Source of the DNA: Gemmatimonadota bacterium
GTDB lineage: Bacteria > Gemmatimonadota > Gemmatimonadetes > Palauibacterales > Palauibacteraceae
Assembly (NCBI GenBank): GCA_046758745.1
Contig: JBHIAV010000009.1
Coordinates: 12,562 to 76,561, forward strand
Reading direction: 5' to 3'
Length of the DNA: 64,000 nucleotides
The translations under genes and the position numbers were made by a program. This document shows positions 19,078 through 29,005 of the stretch, one piece after another; position 1 is the stretch's first letter; every line of letters begins with the position of its first letter. The notes under the pieces were generated by a model. The model did not search any database and was not told where the DNA came from. It was given only the letters and a program-made list of their open reading frames with translations.

Positions 19078-20205
19078 ATGACCCCTGGAGGCCGCACGCA
19101 CCCGACGGCGATGGTGTCCGGAGCCAAGCACATCGTCCCGACCCGCTGGTGGCACGCGCTGGACGACGGGCGGGTGCAGTGTGACCTGTGTCCTCGCGCC
19201 TGTCGGCTCCGGGAGGGCCAGCGGGGGCTCTGCTTCGTGCGGGCCAACTCCGGCGGGGAGATCGTTCTAACCACGTACGGCCGCTCGAGCGGCTACTGCG
19301 TGGACCCGATAGAGAAGAAGCCGTTGAACCACTTTCTCCCCGGCACACCCGTACTCTCCTTCGGGACAGCCGGATGCAACCTGGCGTGCAAGTTCTGTCA
19401 GAACTGGGACATCAGCAAATCCCGGGAGGTGGACACCCTCTCGGACGGGGCAGCGCCTGAGGAGATCGCCCGGGCGGCGGAGGCGCTCGGGTGTCGCAGC
19501 GTCGCCTTCACGTACAATGACCCCGTCATCTTCCACGAATACGCGATCGATGTCGCGCTCGCCTGCCGGGAGCGAGGCGTCCGGTCGGTGGCGGTCACCG
19601 CCGGCTACGTGACCCCCGCGCCGCGTGCCGAGTTCTACCGCCACATGGACGCGGCCAACGTCGACCTCAAGGGGTTCACGGAGCGCTTTTATCAAAGGGT
19701 GTGCGCCGGACATCTCGAGCCGGTGCTCGACACCCTGCGCTACCTGCGGCACGAAACCGATGTGTGGTTCGAGATCACCAACCTGCTGATCCCCGGGGAG
19801 AACGATTCCGAGGAGGAAATCGACGCGATGACGGGGTGGGTTGTGGAGAATCTCGGACCCGACGTCCCGGTGCACTTCACCGCCTTCCATCCCGATTGGA
19901 AGATGCTCGACCGGCCGCCTACTCCCCTCGACACCCTGGAGCGGGCGCGGAGCATGGCCCGGCGGAACGGGGTGCGCTACGCCTACACGGGCAACGTGCG
20001 TGACCCCGCCGGGCAGAGCACGTACTGTCACGAGTGCGGCCGGCTGCTGATCGGTCGGGACTGGTACGCGCTCATCGGGTGGAATCTCGAGGTGGATGGG
20101 AGGTGCGCGAGCTGCGGTGAGGTGTGCGCGGGCGTGTTCGAGGCCGCACCCGGCCGTTGGGGTCCGAGGCGGCTTCCCGTGCGGCTGGCCGATTTCGCCG
20201 CGTGA
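19078..20205 (+). CDS. amrS: AmmeMemoRadiSam system radical SAM enzyme
   Basis: VQCDLCPRAC, GLCFVR, DPIEKKPLNHFLPG, GCNLACKFCQNWDISK, AFTYNDP, HFTAFHPDWKM, TYCHECG. Start 19078 or 19111. Confidence 0.92.
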   Translation: MTPGGRTHPTAMVSGAKHIVPTRWWHALDDGRVQCDLCPRACRLREGQRGLCFVRANSGGEIVLTTYGRSSGYCVDPIEKKPLNHFLPGTPVLSFGTAGCNLACKFCQNWDISKSREVDTLSDGAAPEEIARAAEALGCRSVAFTYNDPVIFHEYAIDVALACRERGVRSVAVTAGYVTPAPRAEFYRHMDAANVDLKGFTERFYQRVCAGHLEPVLDTLRYLRHETDVWFEITNLLIPGENDSEEEIDAMTGWVVENLGPDVPVHFTAFHPDWKMLDRPPTPLDTLERARSMARRNGVRYAYTGNVRDPAGQSTYCHECGRLLIGRDWYALIGWNLEVDGRCASCGEVCAGVFEAAPGRWGPRRLPVRLADFAA

Positions 20206-20342
20206 GCCGGGAGACCGGCGGGGCGGGCGCGTGGCGAGGTCGCTGGGGGACGGAAGAGGAATGGGACGTGCGCCGGGGCCTGGAGCGAGGAGAGGCCGGC
20301 CCGCGCCGGGGGCCTGGGCGGAGGTGAGCGGCCGGGCGCCGA

Positions 20343-20528
20343 TCAGCCGGCCCGCGTGGCCTTCAGGGCCTCCAACACATCCAGCAGGATCATTTTCCTC
20401 TCCTTGAGCTTCTCGCGGAAGCTCATGCGATCCGTGTCGGCGATCTCCATCCGCAGATCGGAGAGGTAGCTCTCCAGCACCTCCTGCAGGACGACGGCTT
20501 CCCGCTCCGTGAGCTCGATGCTTGGCAT
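20343..20528 (-). CDS. Small conserved-looking helical hypothetical protein (61 aa)
   Basis: MPSIELTEREAVVLQEVLESYLSDLRMEIADTDRMSFREKLKERK; GC3-rich codons; co-oriented with the DUF1059 gene. Confidence 0.75.
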   Translation of the reverse strand: MPSIELTEREAVVLQEVLESYLSDLRMEIADTDRMSFREKLKERKMILLDVLEALKATRAG

Positions 20529-20541
20529 TTCGCGGCGGGGG

Positions 20542-20718
20542 CTACTCGTCGTGAATCGCGGCCTTGACCTGTTCGAGAAGCTCCGGGGTGATCTCTTCGA
20601 TCCCGTGCACGTCGCGCGCGTGCTCGGCGACCACCTGCAGCAGCTCGTCTTCTGTGTCGGCCGTGACAGTGAAGTCGCACTCCAGTCCGACATCCGCGCA
20701 GCTGATCCGCTTGGCCAT
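20542..20718 (-). CDS. DUF1059 domain small metal-binding protein
   Basis: MAKRISCADVGLECDFTVTADTEDELLQVVAEHARDVHG (CxxxGxxC...HxxxxH); AAGGAGG RBS. Confidence 0.9.
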   Translation of the reverse strand: MAKRISCADVGLECDFTVTADTEDELLQVVAEHARDVHGIEEITPELLEQVKAAIHDE

Positions 20719-20774
20719 CTTGCCCTCCTTGCTCTCTCTGCTGCCGGCCGGTCGCCGGAGCGGCCGTCTGGCGT

Positions 20775-21077
20775 TCAGTGACGGACCGCCTCTCCCTTTC
20801 GAATGCGAGTACCGAAGAGCCCGAAGCCGAGTCGCGAGCACACGGGCAGCGACAGGATGGCTAGCGCCGTGGGGAGGAGCACACCACCGACTACCGCACC
20901 GATGCCACCGAGCACGACCCGCAGCCCAGACCACACGAGGAGGAACACGACGAAGGTGACGAGCAGCCCCAGGACCTGGCGAGCGCCGCCGCCCCCCTCG
21001 AACTCGATGTTCAGCCCTCCCAGATACAGAGCGGCAAAAGTCCAAAAGACACTGATCGGAATCAGCCACACCATCAT
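20775..21077 (-). CDS. Small membrane protein (3 TM)
   Basis: Three hydrophobic stretches; AAGGAGG RBS. Confidence 0.75.
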   Translation of the reverse strand: MMVWLIPISVFWTFAALYLGGLNIEFEGGGGARQVLGLLVTFVVFLLVWSGLRVVLGGIGAVVGGVLLPTALAILSLPVCSRLGFGLFGTRIRKGEAVRH

Positions 21078-21354
21078 CCTCGCCTCCTTCCCCAGGGTTC
21101 ATCGTACCGAGAGCGTCCGCCACACCTCAAGCATGGCGCAGCGGGAGCGGTTCGGGCAAGGACCGGCTCGGGACGGGCCCCGTACCTGGCCCGCTTCCTG
21201 CGCACATGGCGCTCAGCGTCGGTACGCTCGCGACATCGATTGCCCGCCGCCTACAGCCGGAGCGACCGGCAGCCAGCTGCGCGATCCCGTCACACGCGGG
21301 TGGTCGAGGACGGAGACGCTCGTGAACCGCAAGCCGCGGCCGCCGCTTCCCAGG

Positions 21355-21607
21355 ATGTCGGAGCAGACCGAGACGACGTCTCGCGCCGTGCGTCCGGCGA
21401 CGCGCGACCTCGCCCTGGTTCTGCTCGGCCCTATCTACCTGGCTGCTCGCATGGCGGACTCCCGTGTGGCGAAACTTCTTCAAGACCGGCGCGTTGACCC
21501 TCCTGATCTCGACCAAGCTCTACGCGGTCCTCGTTCTGTGGATCTTCCTCGCGGTGGTTCTGTTTCGGGCTCGTCGGTCGGCCGATTGCCCGGCGCGGGA
21601 AGTCTGA
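21355..21607 (+). pseudogene. Possible frameshifted relic of a membrane protein C-terminus
   Basis: DLALVLLG in one frame, then WLLAWRTPVWRNFFKTGALTLLISTKLYAVLVLWIFLAVVLFR in another frame with coding-like codons and no start of its own. Confidence 0.35.
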
Positions 21608-21744
21608 GCCGACCCGGGTGGGGGACCGCGGAGCGCGTCGGTGTTGGCGGCGCTCGTCGGACGGACGTTAGATTCAGCGGTGCTTGTACGGAGACACCGG
21701 TCGTGTGACACAAGGCGGAGGTCCGCAGCAAGGGAGGCGCGGCG

Positions 21745-22068
21745 ATGCCCCCAAGGTTCGAGGAGCTGAGGAGAAAGAAGGTGGCCGAGCTGCGACAGAT
21801 CGCGGAGGGGCTCGATCACGACGCGCTGCACGGCTACCGGACGATGCACAAGGAGCAGCTCATCCCGGCGCTGTGCGCGGCCCTCGGGATCGAGGCCCAC
21901 GAGCACCACGAGGTCATCGGGATCAACAAGCGCGAGCTCAAGGCGCAGATTCGGGAGCTCAAGCTGCAGCGCGCCGCAGCCCTTCAGGCCGGCGACAAGG
22001 AGGAGTTCCGGGCGACGCTCAAGAGGATCCACCGACTAAAGCGGAAGCTCCGCCGGGCCTGGGTGTAG
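21745..22068 (+). CDS. Basic helical hypothetical protein (Rho N-terminal/HeH-like start)
   Basis: FEELRRKKVAELRQIA...MHKEQLIPALC; coiled-coil C-terminus; GGAGG RBS. Confidence 0.75.
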   Translation: MPPRFEELRRKKVAELRQIAEGLDHDALHGYRTMHKEQLIPALCAALGIEAHEHHEVIGINKRELKAQIRELKLQRAAALQAGDKEEFRATLKRIHRLKRKLRRAWV

Positions 22069-22161
22069 GAAGCTTCCGCGCCAGCCTCCCTGCGCGCGGA
22101 GCGTCCCCCGCGGCGCGGCCGCAGTCTGCCGCAGCGGGCCTAGCTCTCCGCTGGCGGGGCC

Positions 22162-24582
22162 TCAGTCTCCCTGCGTGGGGAAGGTCAGCCTGGCGACGGC
22201 CTCGACGGCCTCATCGCGCAGGGGCGCGAGTTCTTTGTCGCACCCCGCCCACGACTCCGCGAACCGGGCGTAGTGCGATCGGGCCTCGTCGGGATCACCG
22301 CGGGCCTCCAGAATCCTCCCCAGGTAGAGATCGCTCTGCGCCACGACGGGCCAGTCGTACGCGTACAGGCTGCCGAAGTATCGCTCGGCCTCGTCGAGTC
22401 GGTTCGCACCGAACAGGACCCCTCCGAGCTCGAGGCGGAGGAGGGCGCCAGCGAACCTGCCGGACCCGAAGCCCGGCAGCCGTGGCAGGACGGCGGCCAG
22501 GGCGATCGTCGCTACTTCGCCCTCGCCGCGGCGGAGCGCCGCGTAGCCATCCAGCGCATCGGCCAGGGCGAGCGTCGTGGCACGAGGCAATCCCGGTTCT
22601 CCCTCGACCTCCTCTGGTGCGGAGCGAATCGCCCGTATCTCTTTTTCGACCTTTTCCCACCGGCCATCATGCGCCGCGAGGGCCCCCAGCCAGAATCGCT
22701 CCTCCGGAGCGGGATCGGATTCCAGGACCTTCAGTGCCGGCTCGACGGAGGCCCGGTCCTCGTACGTAGTGAGCTGCAGGAGAACGAGGCTCACCGCGTT
22801 GCTGCGCGAGCCATCCTGCAGCCCTTCGAGCAGGGCCTGCCGCGCGACCCGCATGTGGCCCGACCGAACCGCTGCCACGGCGAGGAGCCGTGGGTTCTGC
22901 CGGTCGTCTCCGGCCCTCCTCAGACGCCCGTACGCCTCTTCGAGGCCGCTCCACAGGTCGGGCGCAAAGGGAATCGAGGCGATGAGACAGGCGGGCCGGG
23001 TGAGTCCCTCGGCGCGCAGCGTTTCCCGCGCTTCTTCTCGCGCCGCCCCGTCTCCCCACAGGAAGGCGTAGCCCCACTCGAAGTCCCCGCACACCGGCGT
23101 CTCGGCATCGATCTGGCGAAAACGATCGAGAAGACGTCGCACGCCGGCGCTGTCGTGCCAGAAGAACCTGTCCTCGATCAGGTGGACGTAGGCCGGACCG
23201 AAGTGGGGGTCGAGCTCGATCGCCCTGCGCAGGGCGCTCCGGTACCGATCGGGCGGGGCAAGGGCGAGGCCACCCAGGTGGACGTACGCGTCGCCGAGGA
23301 GTGCCCAGCCGTCCACGTCGTCGGGATACCTGGCGGTCAGCCCCTCCAGCGTTCGAACGGCCCGGAGCTCACCCCGGAGGAGCTCGTCGCTCCCCCGCAG
23401 GAGCAGTCTCTCACGCTCGGGCAGCCGATCGGCGAAGCGCGCTGCCTTCGCAGAGTATTCTTCGAGCACCTCCTCCGGCGCCCCCGTCCACGAATGCGCG
23501 AGCGCCAGCCGGTACCAGCCGAGGGCGAAGGACGAGTCGATCTCGACCGCCCGCTCGAAGCTTTCGATCGCCTCGTCCCAGCGAGACCGGCGGTACTTCT
23601 GCTCCCCCTCGAGGTAGGCCTTCAGGGCGGCGAGCGAAGGGGTGGTGACCCGGCTGAGGTCGAGCTCCGGAAGCTCGGCGTCCGCCGGGAGCAGGCCGGC
23701 CCGCAGGAGCTCCACGCTGAGCCGGTCCACCAGGGCGAGCACGCTGTCGGTGGATCCGTCGATCTGCGCCGTGCCCCGCCGGTCCCCCGTCTCCAGGTCG
23801 TATACCTCCGCGGCCACCCGGACTTCCCGTTCGCGTCCCACCATGCTTCCGGTGAGCGCGTACCGGGCGCCCAGCTCGCGCGCGACGGCAAGAACCACCT
23901 CTGAATCCGGGGCATCCTCGCCGTCCCCGACCGTCCTCGCCCACATGCCGAGGATTCGGCGGGGGTCGATCTTTCTCAGCCCCGCCACCCCCTCCAGGTT
24001 TGTGGAGAGCAGGTCCACCATCCCCTCGCGCCACAGCTCGAGGTCGGTCCCGACCACGCGGAAGGGAAGAACCGCGATGGCCGCGCCACTGGCGGTGGAA
24101 ACACCGACGTCGACCGGTCCCCGGTCGGTTCGTGATCCGAGCACCAGCCAGCCTGTAACGGCGATGCCCCAGGCTGCCGTGGCCACGACCCCTGCCCCAA
24201 TCGCGTTCCTCCAGGTGAAGAGCCCACCGAGCCTGCCGCTTCGCGCCTCGCGCGGCAGCGGGCTCTGGCCAGCGCCCATTGCGCCCGCTTCAGTGAATGG
24301 GGGTGATGGAAGCCGCTCGTGACGGGCATCCCGGGCCGCTCGCTCCTCCGCCTTCCACGCGCCGGGGACGCCTTCCTGCACGAGCGCCGTGGCCACCACG
24401 ATCGGAAGACCGACCAGCAGCAGGATGAGGGTTAGACCGTACACCCACTCGGGTAGGTCGAGCCTCTCGATCAGCTGATCGGCCACCTGGAGGACGACCC
24501 AGGAGAGACCGACGTACACCAGGATGACCTGCCAGAGCGAACGGCGGTGAGCCTCTACGATGAGCCGTTTGATGCGAGACAT
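22162..24582 (-). CDS. Membrane-anchored TolB-like/TPR protein
   Basis: EAHRRSLWQVILVYVGLSWVVLQVA two-TM N-terminus, a third TM, AIAVLPF TolB-like motif, TTPSLAALKAYLEG, AVEIDSSFALGWYRLA TPRs. Confidence 0.88.
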   Translation of the reverse strand: MSRIKRLIVEAHRRSLWQVILVYVGLSWVVLQVADQLIERLDLPEWVYGLTLILLLVGLPIVVATALVQEGVPGAWKAEERAARDARHERLPSPPFTEAGAMGAGQSPLPREARSGRLGGLFTWRNAIGAGVVATAAWGIAVTGWLVLGSRTDRGPVDVGVSTASGAAIAVLPFRVVGTDLELWREGMVDLLSTNLEGVAGLRKIDPRRILGMWARTVGDGEDAPDSEVVLAVARELGARYALTGSMVGREREVRVAAEVYDLETGDRRGTAQIDGSTDSVLALVDRLSVELLRAGLLPADAELPELDLSRVTTPSLAALKAYLEGEQKYRRSRWDEAIESFERAVEIDSSFALGWYRLALAHSWTGAPEEVLEEYSAKAARFADRLPERERLLLRGSDELLRGELRAVRTLEGLTARYPDDVDGWALLGDAYVHLGGLALAPPDRYRSALRRAIELDPHFGPAYVHLIEDRFFWHDSAGVRRLLDRFRQIDAETPVCGDFEWGYAFLWGDGAAREEARETLRAEGLTRPACLIASIPFAPDLWSGLEEAYGRLRRAGDDRQNPRLLAVAAVRSGHMRVARQALLEGLQDGSRSNAVSLVLLQLTTYEDRASVEPALKVLESDPAPEERFWLGALAAHDGRWEKVEKEIRAIRSAPEEVEGEPGLPRATTLALADALDGYAALRRGEGEVATIALAAVLPRLPGFGSGRFAGALLRLELGGVLFGANRLDEAERYFGSLYAYDWPVVAQSDLYLGRILEARGDPDEARSHYARFAESWAGCDKELAPLRDEAVEAVARLTFPTQGD

Positions 24583-24808
24583 TTGGCCCCCCCGACCGTC
24601 AGTGAGCGGATCACCCGACCCGCTGTGGCTGAAGGCGAGCGAAAGCTAGGGGAGGCCCGCGGCGAGTAGCAAGCGGCATGGAAGACCGTTTCGGCGACGG
24701 CGGGCGAAAGGAGGTCCGTGCCGGCATCTTTGTGAGAGCCCTCCGCCGGTCGCCTCGTCAGCGATCCGGCGGAGCATCCCCAGCCGCCAAGCCGAGGAGA
24801 GCGCTGCG

Positions 24809-25618
24809 ATGCCCAACCATATCTGCGTGACCTGCGGAGTCCAGTACACGGAGGGGAAAGCGCCGCCCGCCCGTTGCCTGATTTGCGAGGACGAGCGGCA
24901 GTTCGTCGGCTGGGAGGGCCAGCGGTGGACGACGATGGAGGAGTTGCGCCCCGCCTACCGAAATCGGTTCGTCGACACGGAGCCGAACCTCACGCGGATC
25001 GGCACCGAGCCGGCCTTCGGCATCGCCCAGCACGCCTTTCTGATCCGCTCGTCCGCCGGGAACGTCCTGTGGGATTGCATCACGCTGATCGATGACGAGA
25101 CGGTGGAGACCGTGGGGAAGCTGGGTGGGATCGCGGCGATCGCCATCTCGCACCCCCATTTCTATTCCGCCATGGTGGAGTGGAGCCGCGCTTTCGGAGA
25201 TGCGCCGGTCTACCTCCATGCGGCCGATCGCCGATGGGTCACGCGGCGCGATCCCGCCATCGTCTTCTGGGAGGGCGAGACCCGGGTGCTCGGCGACGGC
25301 CTGACCCTCATCCACGCGGACGGCCACTTCGACGGCAGCGCCGTGCTGCACTGGGCGGACGGGGCGAAGGGACGGGGAGTCCTCCTGTCGAGCGACACGA
25401 TCCACGTCGTGCCCGACCGGCGCTGGGTCGCCTTCATGTACAGCTACCCCAACTACATTCCCCTCCCGGCCGTGAAGGTGCGGCGGGTCGTCGACTCCGT
25501 GGAGCCTTTCTCCTTCGAGCGCATCTACGGTCCGTGGCCGGGCCGTGTGGTCATGGAGGGCGGGAAGGCCGCGGTGCGACGCTCGGCGGAGCGCTACCTC
25601 CGCGCCATCTCCGGGTAA
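24809..25618 (+). CDS. MBL-fold metallo-hydrolase with N-terminal CxxC...CxxC
   Basis: ICVTCGVQY, CLICEDERQFV, AISHPHFY, GHFDGSAVLHW, FMYSYPNYIPL. Confidence 0.9.
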   Translation: MPNHICVTCGVQYTEGKAPPARCLICEDERQFVGWEGQRWTTMEELRPAYRNRFVDTEPNLTRIGTEPAFGIAQHAFLIRSSAGNVLWDCITLIDDETVETVGKLGGIAAIAISHPHFYSAMVEWSRAFGDAPVYLHAADRRWVTRRDPAIVFWEGETRVLGDGLTLIHADGHFDGSAVLHWADGAKGRGVLLSSDTIHVVPDRRWVAFMYSYPNYIPLPAVKVRRVVDSVEPFSFERIYGPWPGRVVMEGGKAAVRRSAERYLRAISG

Positions 25619-25743
25619 ACCCGGCCGAGCCCCCGGGCCGACCTGCGGCGCGCGACAGGCCTCGTCGCCACCTCTCCGGTCCTCGCCCGGCTGAGCTCCG
25701 CAAAGGGGCCTTCGCGACGAGCTACCGTCCGGGGAAGGCGGCG

Positions 25744-26619
25744 CTACGCCAGGCTCCCAACGAGGAAGAGGGCGAGCGCACCCAGCCCGAACAGCCACCC
25801 GATCCCCCGCGCGACGTCGCTCTCCGCTCCGGTCAGCGGCTCCTCCAGCATCAGCCTCCGTAGCTGCTCGGCGTCCCCCAGGGGCTCGTAGCGTCCCTCC
25901 AGCCAGTCGGCCAGCGACCGGAGGTTCCCCTCGTTGAGCCGCGAGGTGATGCACTCCCCGGACTCGTCGCGCAGGCAGTCCCGCAGCGGGGCGCGGCGGA
26001 ACTCCGGCACGGTGGAGCTGCGTGTCTGCCCGACCCCCACGAACGTCACCCGCGCGTTGTCGAGCAGCCAGGCCGTGGCGTCCCCCAGCACCTGGGGCCT
26101 CGCGTCAGCCCCCCCGCCGTCCGTGAAGAAAAAGATGTTGAGCGGCGCGGGCAGGATGCGCTGCCGCCCCGCGACGGAGAAGACGCTGCTCCTCTGAGCC
26201 TGGACGACGATGTCCCGGAGACCCTGATCGATACGGCTCCCCACGTCCCACACATTGTCCCACTCGAGCACGGAGAGGGCCGCCTCGATGGCGCCCAGGT
26301 CCCGCGCGGGGTGGGAGAGCAGGAAGACCTGGACCGTCCCGCCCGCGAAGCCGGCCACCGTGAGGCGGGCCTGCGGAGGAAGGTCGGGGAGCGCCTGCCG
26401 GAAGACGTCTCTGGCGAGGTCCAAACGGCTCCTCGGGAACCCGCCCTCCGCATAGTCCTCCGTGGCCATGCTCAGGCTCGCATCGAAGACGATCAGGTAC
26501 TCGATCCCGGCGGCGCGCCGCTTCACCACCGGCTCCAGTGCGGCCGTCAGCGCGAGCCCCAGGCACGCGAGGTAGGCGGCCCGTCCGAGGGTGGTCCAGG
26601 CGCCGGGAGCAAGCCGCAC
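25744..26619 (-). CDS. VWA domain membrane protein, MxaL-like
   Basis: MIDAS DASLSM, SRLD, FFTDGG; N- and C-terminal TM; last gene of the MoxR-VWA cluster. GTG 26619 chosen as start. Confidence 0.8.
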   Translation of the reverse strand: MRLAPGAWTTLGRAAYLACLGLALTAALEPVVKRRAAGIEYLIVFDASLSMATEDYAEGGFPRSRLDLARDVFRQALPDLPPQARLTVAGFAGGTVQVFLLSHPARDLGAIEAALSVLEWDNVWDVGSRIDQGLRDIVVQAQRSSVFSVAGRQRILPAPLNIFFFTDGGGADARPQVLGDATAWLLDNARVTFVGVGQTRSSTVPEFRRAPLRDCLRDESGECITSRLNEGNLRSLADWLEGRYEPLGDAEQLRRLMLEEPLTGAESDVARGIGWLFGLGALALFLVGSLA

Positions 26620-26627
26620 GGAGCCGC

Positions 26628-27071
26628 CTAGATGTCGGTGGGCTGGAGGGGCATCTGGCTCGGAGCGAACCTGTCCGGCGGCCGCGGCTCGCGCGGCTCG
26701 CGCGGCGGCACCAAGTCGTTCAGCAGTCGCCGGGCGACCTCGTAGTTCTTCTTCGCGTCCAGCAGCTCCGGATTCAGGCGGAGCGCCTCCCGATAGTAGG
26801 CGAGCGCCGTTCGCACCGCGGCCGGCCATCTGCGACGGGCGCCCTGCTCGAAGTACAGGTTTCCCAGGTTGACGAGAAGGTGGTCGCGGATCCGGCCGGC
26901 CCGCGGCACGGCCTCGGCGTAGGCCTCCGGCGTGCGCTCCCGAAGCGTCCGGTAAAGCGCGCGCTCCACCGTGAACTCCCGAACCGCATACGCCAGGAGC
27001 AGCGCGTTGGCGGCGATGAGCACCAGGAGCGCCTTCCTCCACGACGGCATGCCCGGAAAGGTTCTCTTCAT
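26628..27071 (-). CDS. Membrane-anchored TPR protein, MxaK-like
   Basis: NLGNLYF, YYREALRLNPELLDAKKNYEVARRL; its ATG overlaps the stop of the upstream VWA gene (ATGA). Confidence 0.8.
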   Translation of the reverse strand: MKRTFPGMPSWRKALLVLIAANALLLAYAVREFTVERALYRTLRERTPEAYAEAVPRAGRIRDHLLVNLGNLYFEQGARRRWPAAVRTALAYYREALRLNPELLDAKKNYEVARRLLNDLVPPREPREPRPPDRFAPSQMPLQPTDI

Positions 27072-27997
27072 GCGTGCGTTTCGCTCCTCCGGGCGCGCTC
27101 GCTGAGGGCGAAGAAACCGAGCGCGATGAGGCATCCCAGGGCCGCCGTCCGGCTCAACCGGCTCCAGCTCCGGCCTTCCTGGCGCTGCTCGACCTTCATG
27201 AGACGGTTCTCCAGCCTGCCGATCTCCTCGAGCGCCCGGGGAAGCTCGTTCTCCTTCCCCACCACGAAGGTTTCGCCGAGGGAGCCGAGGGTCTCCATGA
27301 GGAGGTGCATCGACGCCTCGGGCGCGCGTCCCCCTTCGATGAGCAGCCAGTACAGGGTCACATCCGCCGCCCGCAGCCGCGCGGCGATTCGCTCCGGCTC
27401 CCGAAGGCGACCGGCCCCATCCGAAAGGAGGATCACCACCTGGCTCGCCGCCCGGCTCTCCTGCCCTTCCAGCAACCGGAGCGCCCGAAGGAGCGCCGCG
27501 TCGATGACCGTGTCACCGAGATCGGTGTTCAGAAGCGAGAGGGTCTGCTGGAAACGCCCCGGGTCGGAGATCGGCGGGGTGTAGACGATGCTGGATTTGC
27601 CGAACCCGATCAGGGCCATCTGATCGCCGGCTCGTCGGTCCACGAACCCCGAGATCGCCGCCTTCGCGACCGTGAGCTTCTTCGCGCCCTCTCCGCCCCC
27701 TCCGCTCCACGGCGAGAGCATGCTCGCGCTCTGGTCCAACACGAAGACAAGACGTGCGCCCTCGGTCCATCGAACCGTCGTCTTCGGCGGGGTCCGCGGC
27801 TCGCTGAGGCCGAGCACGGTCGCCGCCACGAAGCCTGCGCCGAGGAACCGCTCGGCAAGCCCCAGGGAACGCGAGATGCGATCCGGCGGGAGCACCAGGA
27901 AGCTGGAGAAGCGGAGCGCCGCTCGCCGCCGACGCCACAGGAGCGGAACCAGACAGAGCGGAAGGAGGATCAGCGCCCAGGGTCTGGCGAACTCCAA
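27068..27997 (-). CDS. VWA domain membrane protein, MxaC/BatA-like
   Basis: FARPWALILLPLCLVPLL N-terminus, DQSASM MIDAS, FVDRRAGDQMALIGFG, ILLSDG, EIGRLE, C-terminal TM; TTG start after GGAGG. Confidence 0.88.
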   Translation of the reverse strand: MEFARPWALILLPLCLVPLLWRRRRAALRFSSFLVLPPDRISRSLGLAERFLGAGFVAATVLGLSEPRTPPKTTVRWTEGARLVFVLDQSASMLSPWSGGGGEGAKKLTVAKAAISGFVDRRAGDQMALIGFGKSSIVYTPPISDPGRFQQTLSLLNTDLGDTVIDAALLRALRLLEGQESRAASQVVILLSDGAGRLREPERIAARLRAADVTLYWLLIEGGRAPEASMHLLMETLGSLGETFVVGKENELPRALEEIGRLENRLMKVEQRQEGRSWSRLSRTAALGCLIALGFFALSERARRSETHA

Positions 27998-28989
27998 CTC
28001 CGCCTCCAGGCAGCGGGTCGTTCACCGCCGCGTCGAAGCTCCAGTTCGGCGAGGCGCGCGGAGAGCTCCACCGCCCGCCGTCGGCTCTCGGGAGAAGGGG
28101 CCGCCGGCGTGCCGTCGCCCTCCTCCCTCGGCGTCCCATCCCCGAAGAAGAGCGACTCCGAGAGAGCGAAGAAGCGCTCGAGGTCATCGCGCACGGCACC
28201 GGCAGGAGGCCACCGTTCGACCAGGGCCTCGAAGTCGTGTGAGAAGAGGGCCTTCCCTGCCCGCTCCTCGAGAGCGCGATGGAGTACGAGCATCGCGCCG
28301 GCAGAGTCCGGTGCGCGGCGGACCTCGCGGTGGGCCCTCGAGAAGACGCCTCTTGGCCTCCGGCGACGCGCTCCGACGGCCGAAGCTCCCCACAACAGGA
28401 GGAGAGCCGCGAGAGAGGTGCCGGAGAGTCGAATCCCACGGGAGGAGGGGGGGCGCACGGGCCAGTCCGGTTCCAGAGCGCTGATCGAGTCCGTGACAGG
28501 CGACACGGTGAAGCCGAACCCGGGGATCGAGACCCGGAGCTCCTCCGCGTCCCGTCCGGACCGGAAGAGCAGGGCCACGTCCGGAATGTCGAGGCGTGTC
28601 ACCTCCTGGGGCGCGTGGAAGATCTGGTAGAGGAAGCGAAACCGGTACGACGCCCATGCCTCCTCCTCCCGCAGCTGCCAGGAGGTCTCTCGGGTCTCGA
28701 GCCAGTCCGGCAGGGAACGATCGCGCAGGACGCGCTCGTCGAGCGCGAAGCCGGGCGGCACTCGAACCGACGCCCGCAGCTCGAGCAGGTCCCCGACCCG
28801 ATACCCGAAGTCCCGTGGTCGCTCGATGCGGACCTGCGCGGAGCTGCTCGTCTGTCCGGATGCGGGGAGCGCGGCGAGCAGCAGGAGCAGCGCGCTCAGG
28901 CCGGCCGCCCGCGGGGCCCCTCCTCCCCGCGAGCTCGAAGGGTGGCCGGGGAGCCGCCGGGCACCCGCGCGTCCGACCGCACCGGTCAC
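27970..28989 (-). CDS. MxaA-like exported/membrane protein
   Basis: Signal-like ALLLLLAALPASGQ, PRDFGYRVGD, YQIF, a TM segment, LHRALE...AGKALF, RFFALSESLFFG. Start uncertain (GTG 28989). Confidence 0.7.
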   Translation of the reverse strand: MTGAVGRAGARRLPGHPSSSRGGGAPRAAGLSALLLLLAALPASGQTSSSAQVRIERPRDFGYRVGDLLELRASVRVPPGFALDERVLRDRSLPDWLETRETSWQLREEEAWASYRFRFLYQIFHAPQEVTRLDIPDVALLFRSGRDAEELRVSIPGFGFTVSPVTDSISALEPDWPVRPPSSRGIRLSGTSLAALLLLWGASAVGARRRRPRGVFSRAHREVRRAPDSAGAMLVLHRALEERAGKALFSHDFEALVERWPPAGAVRDDLERFFALSESLFFGDGTPREEGDGTPAAPSPESRRRAVELSARLAELELRRGGERPAAWRRSWSSPDPGR

Positions 28990-29005
28990 GGTCCCCGCAA
29001 CACCA

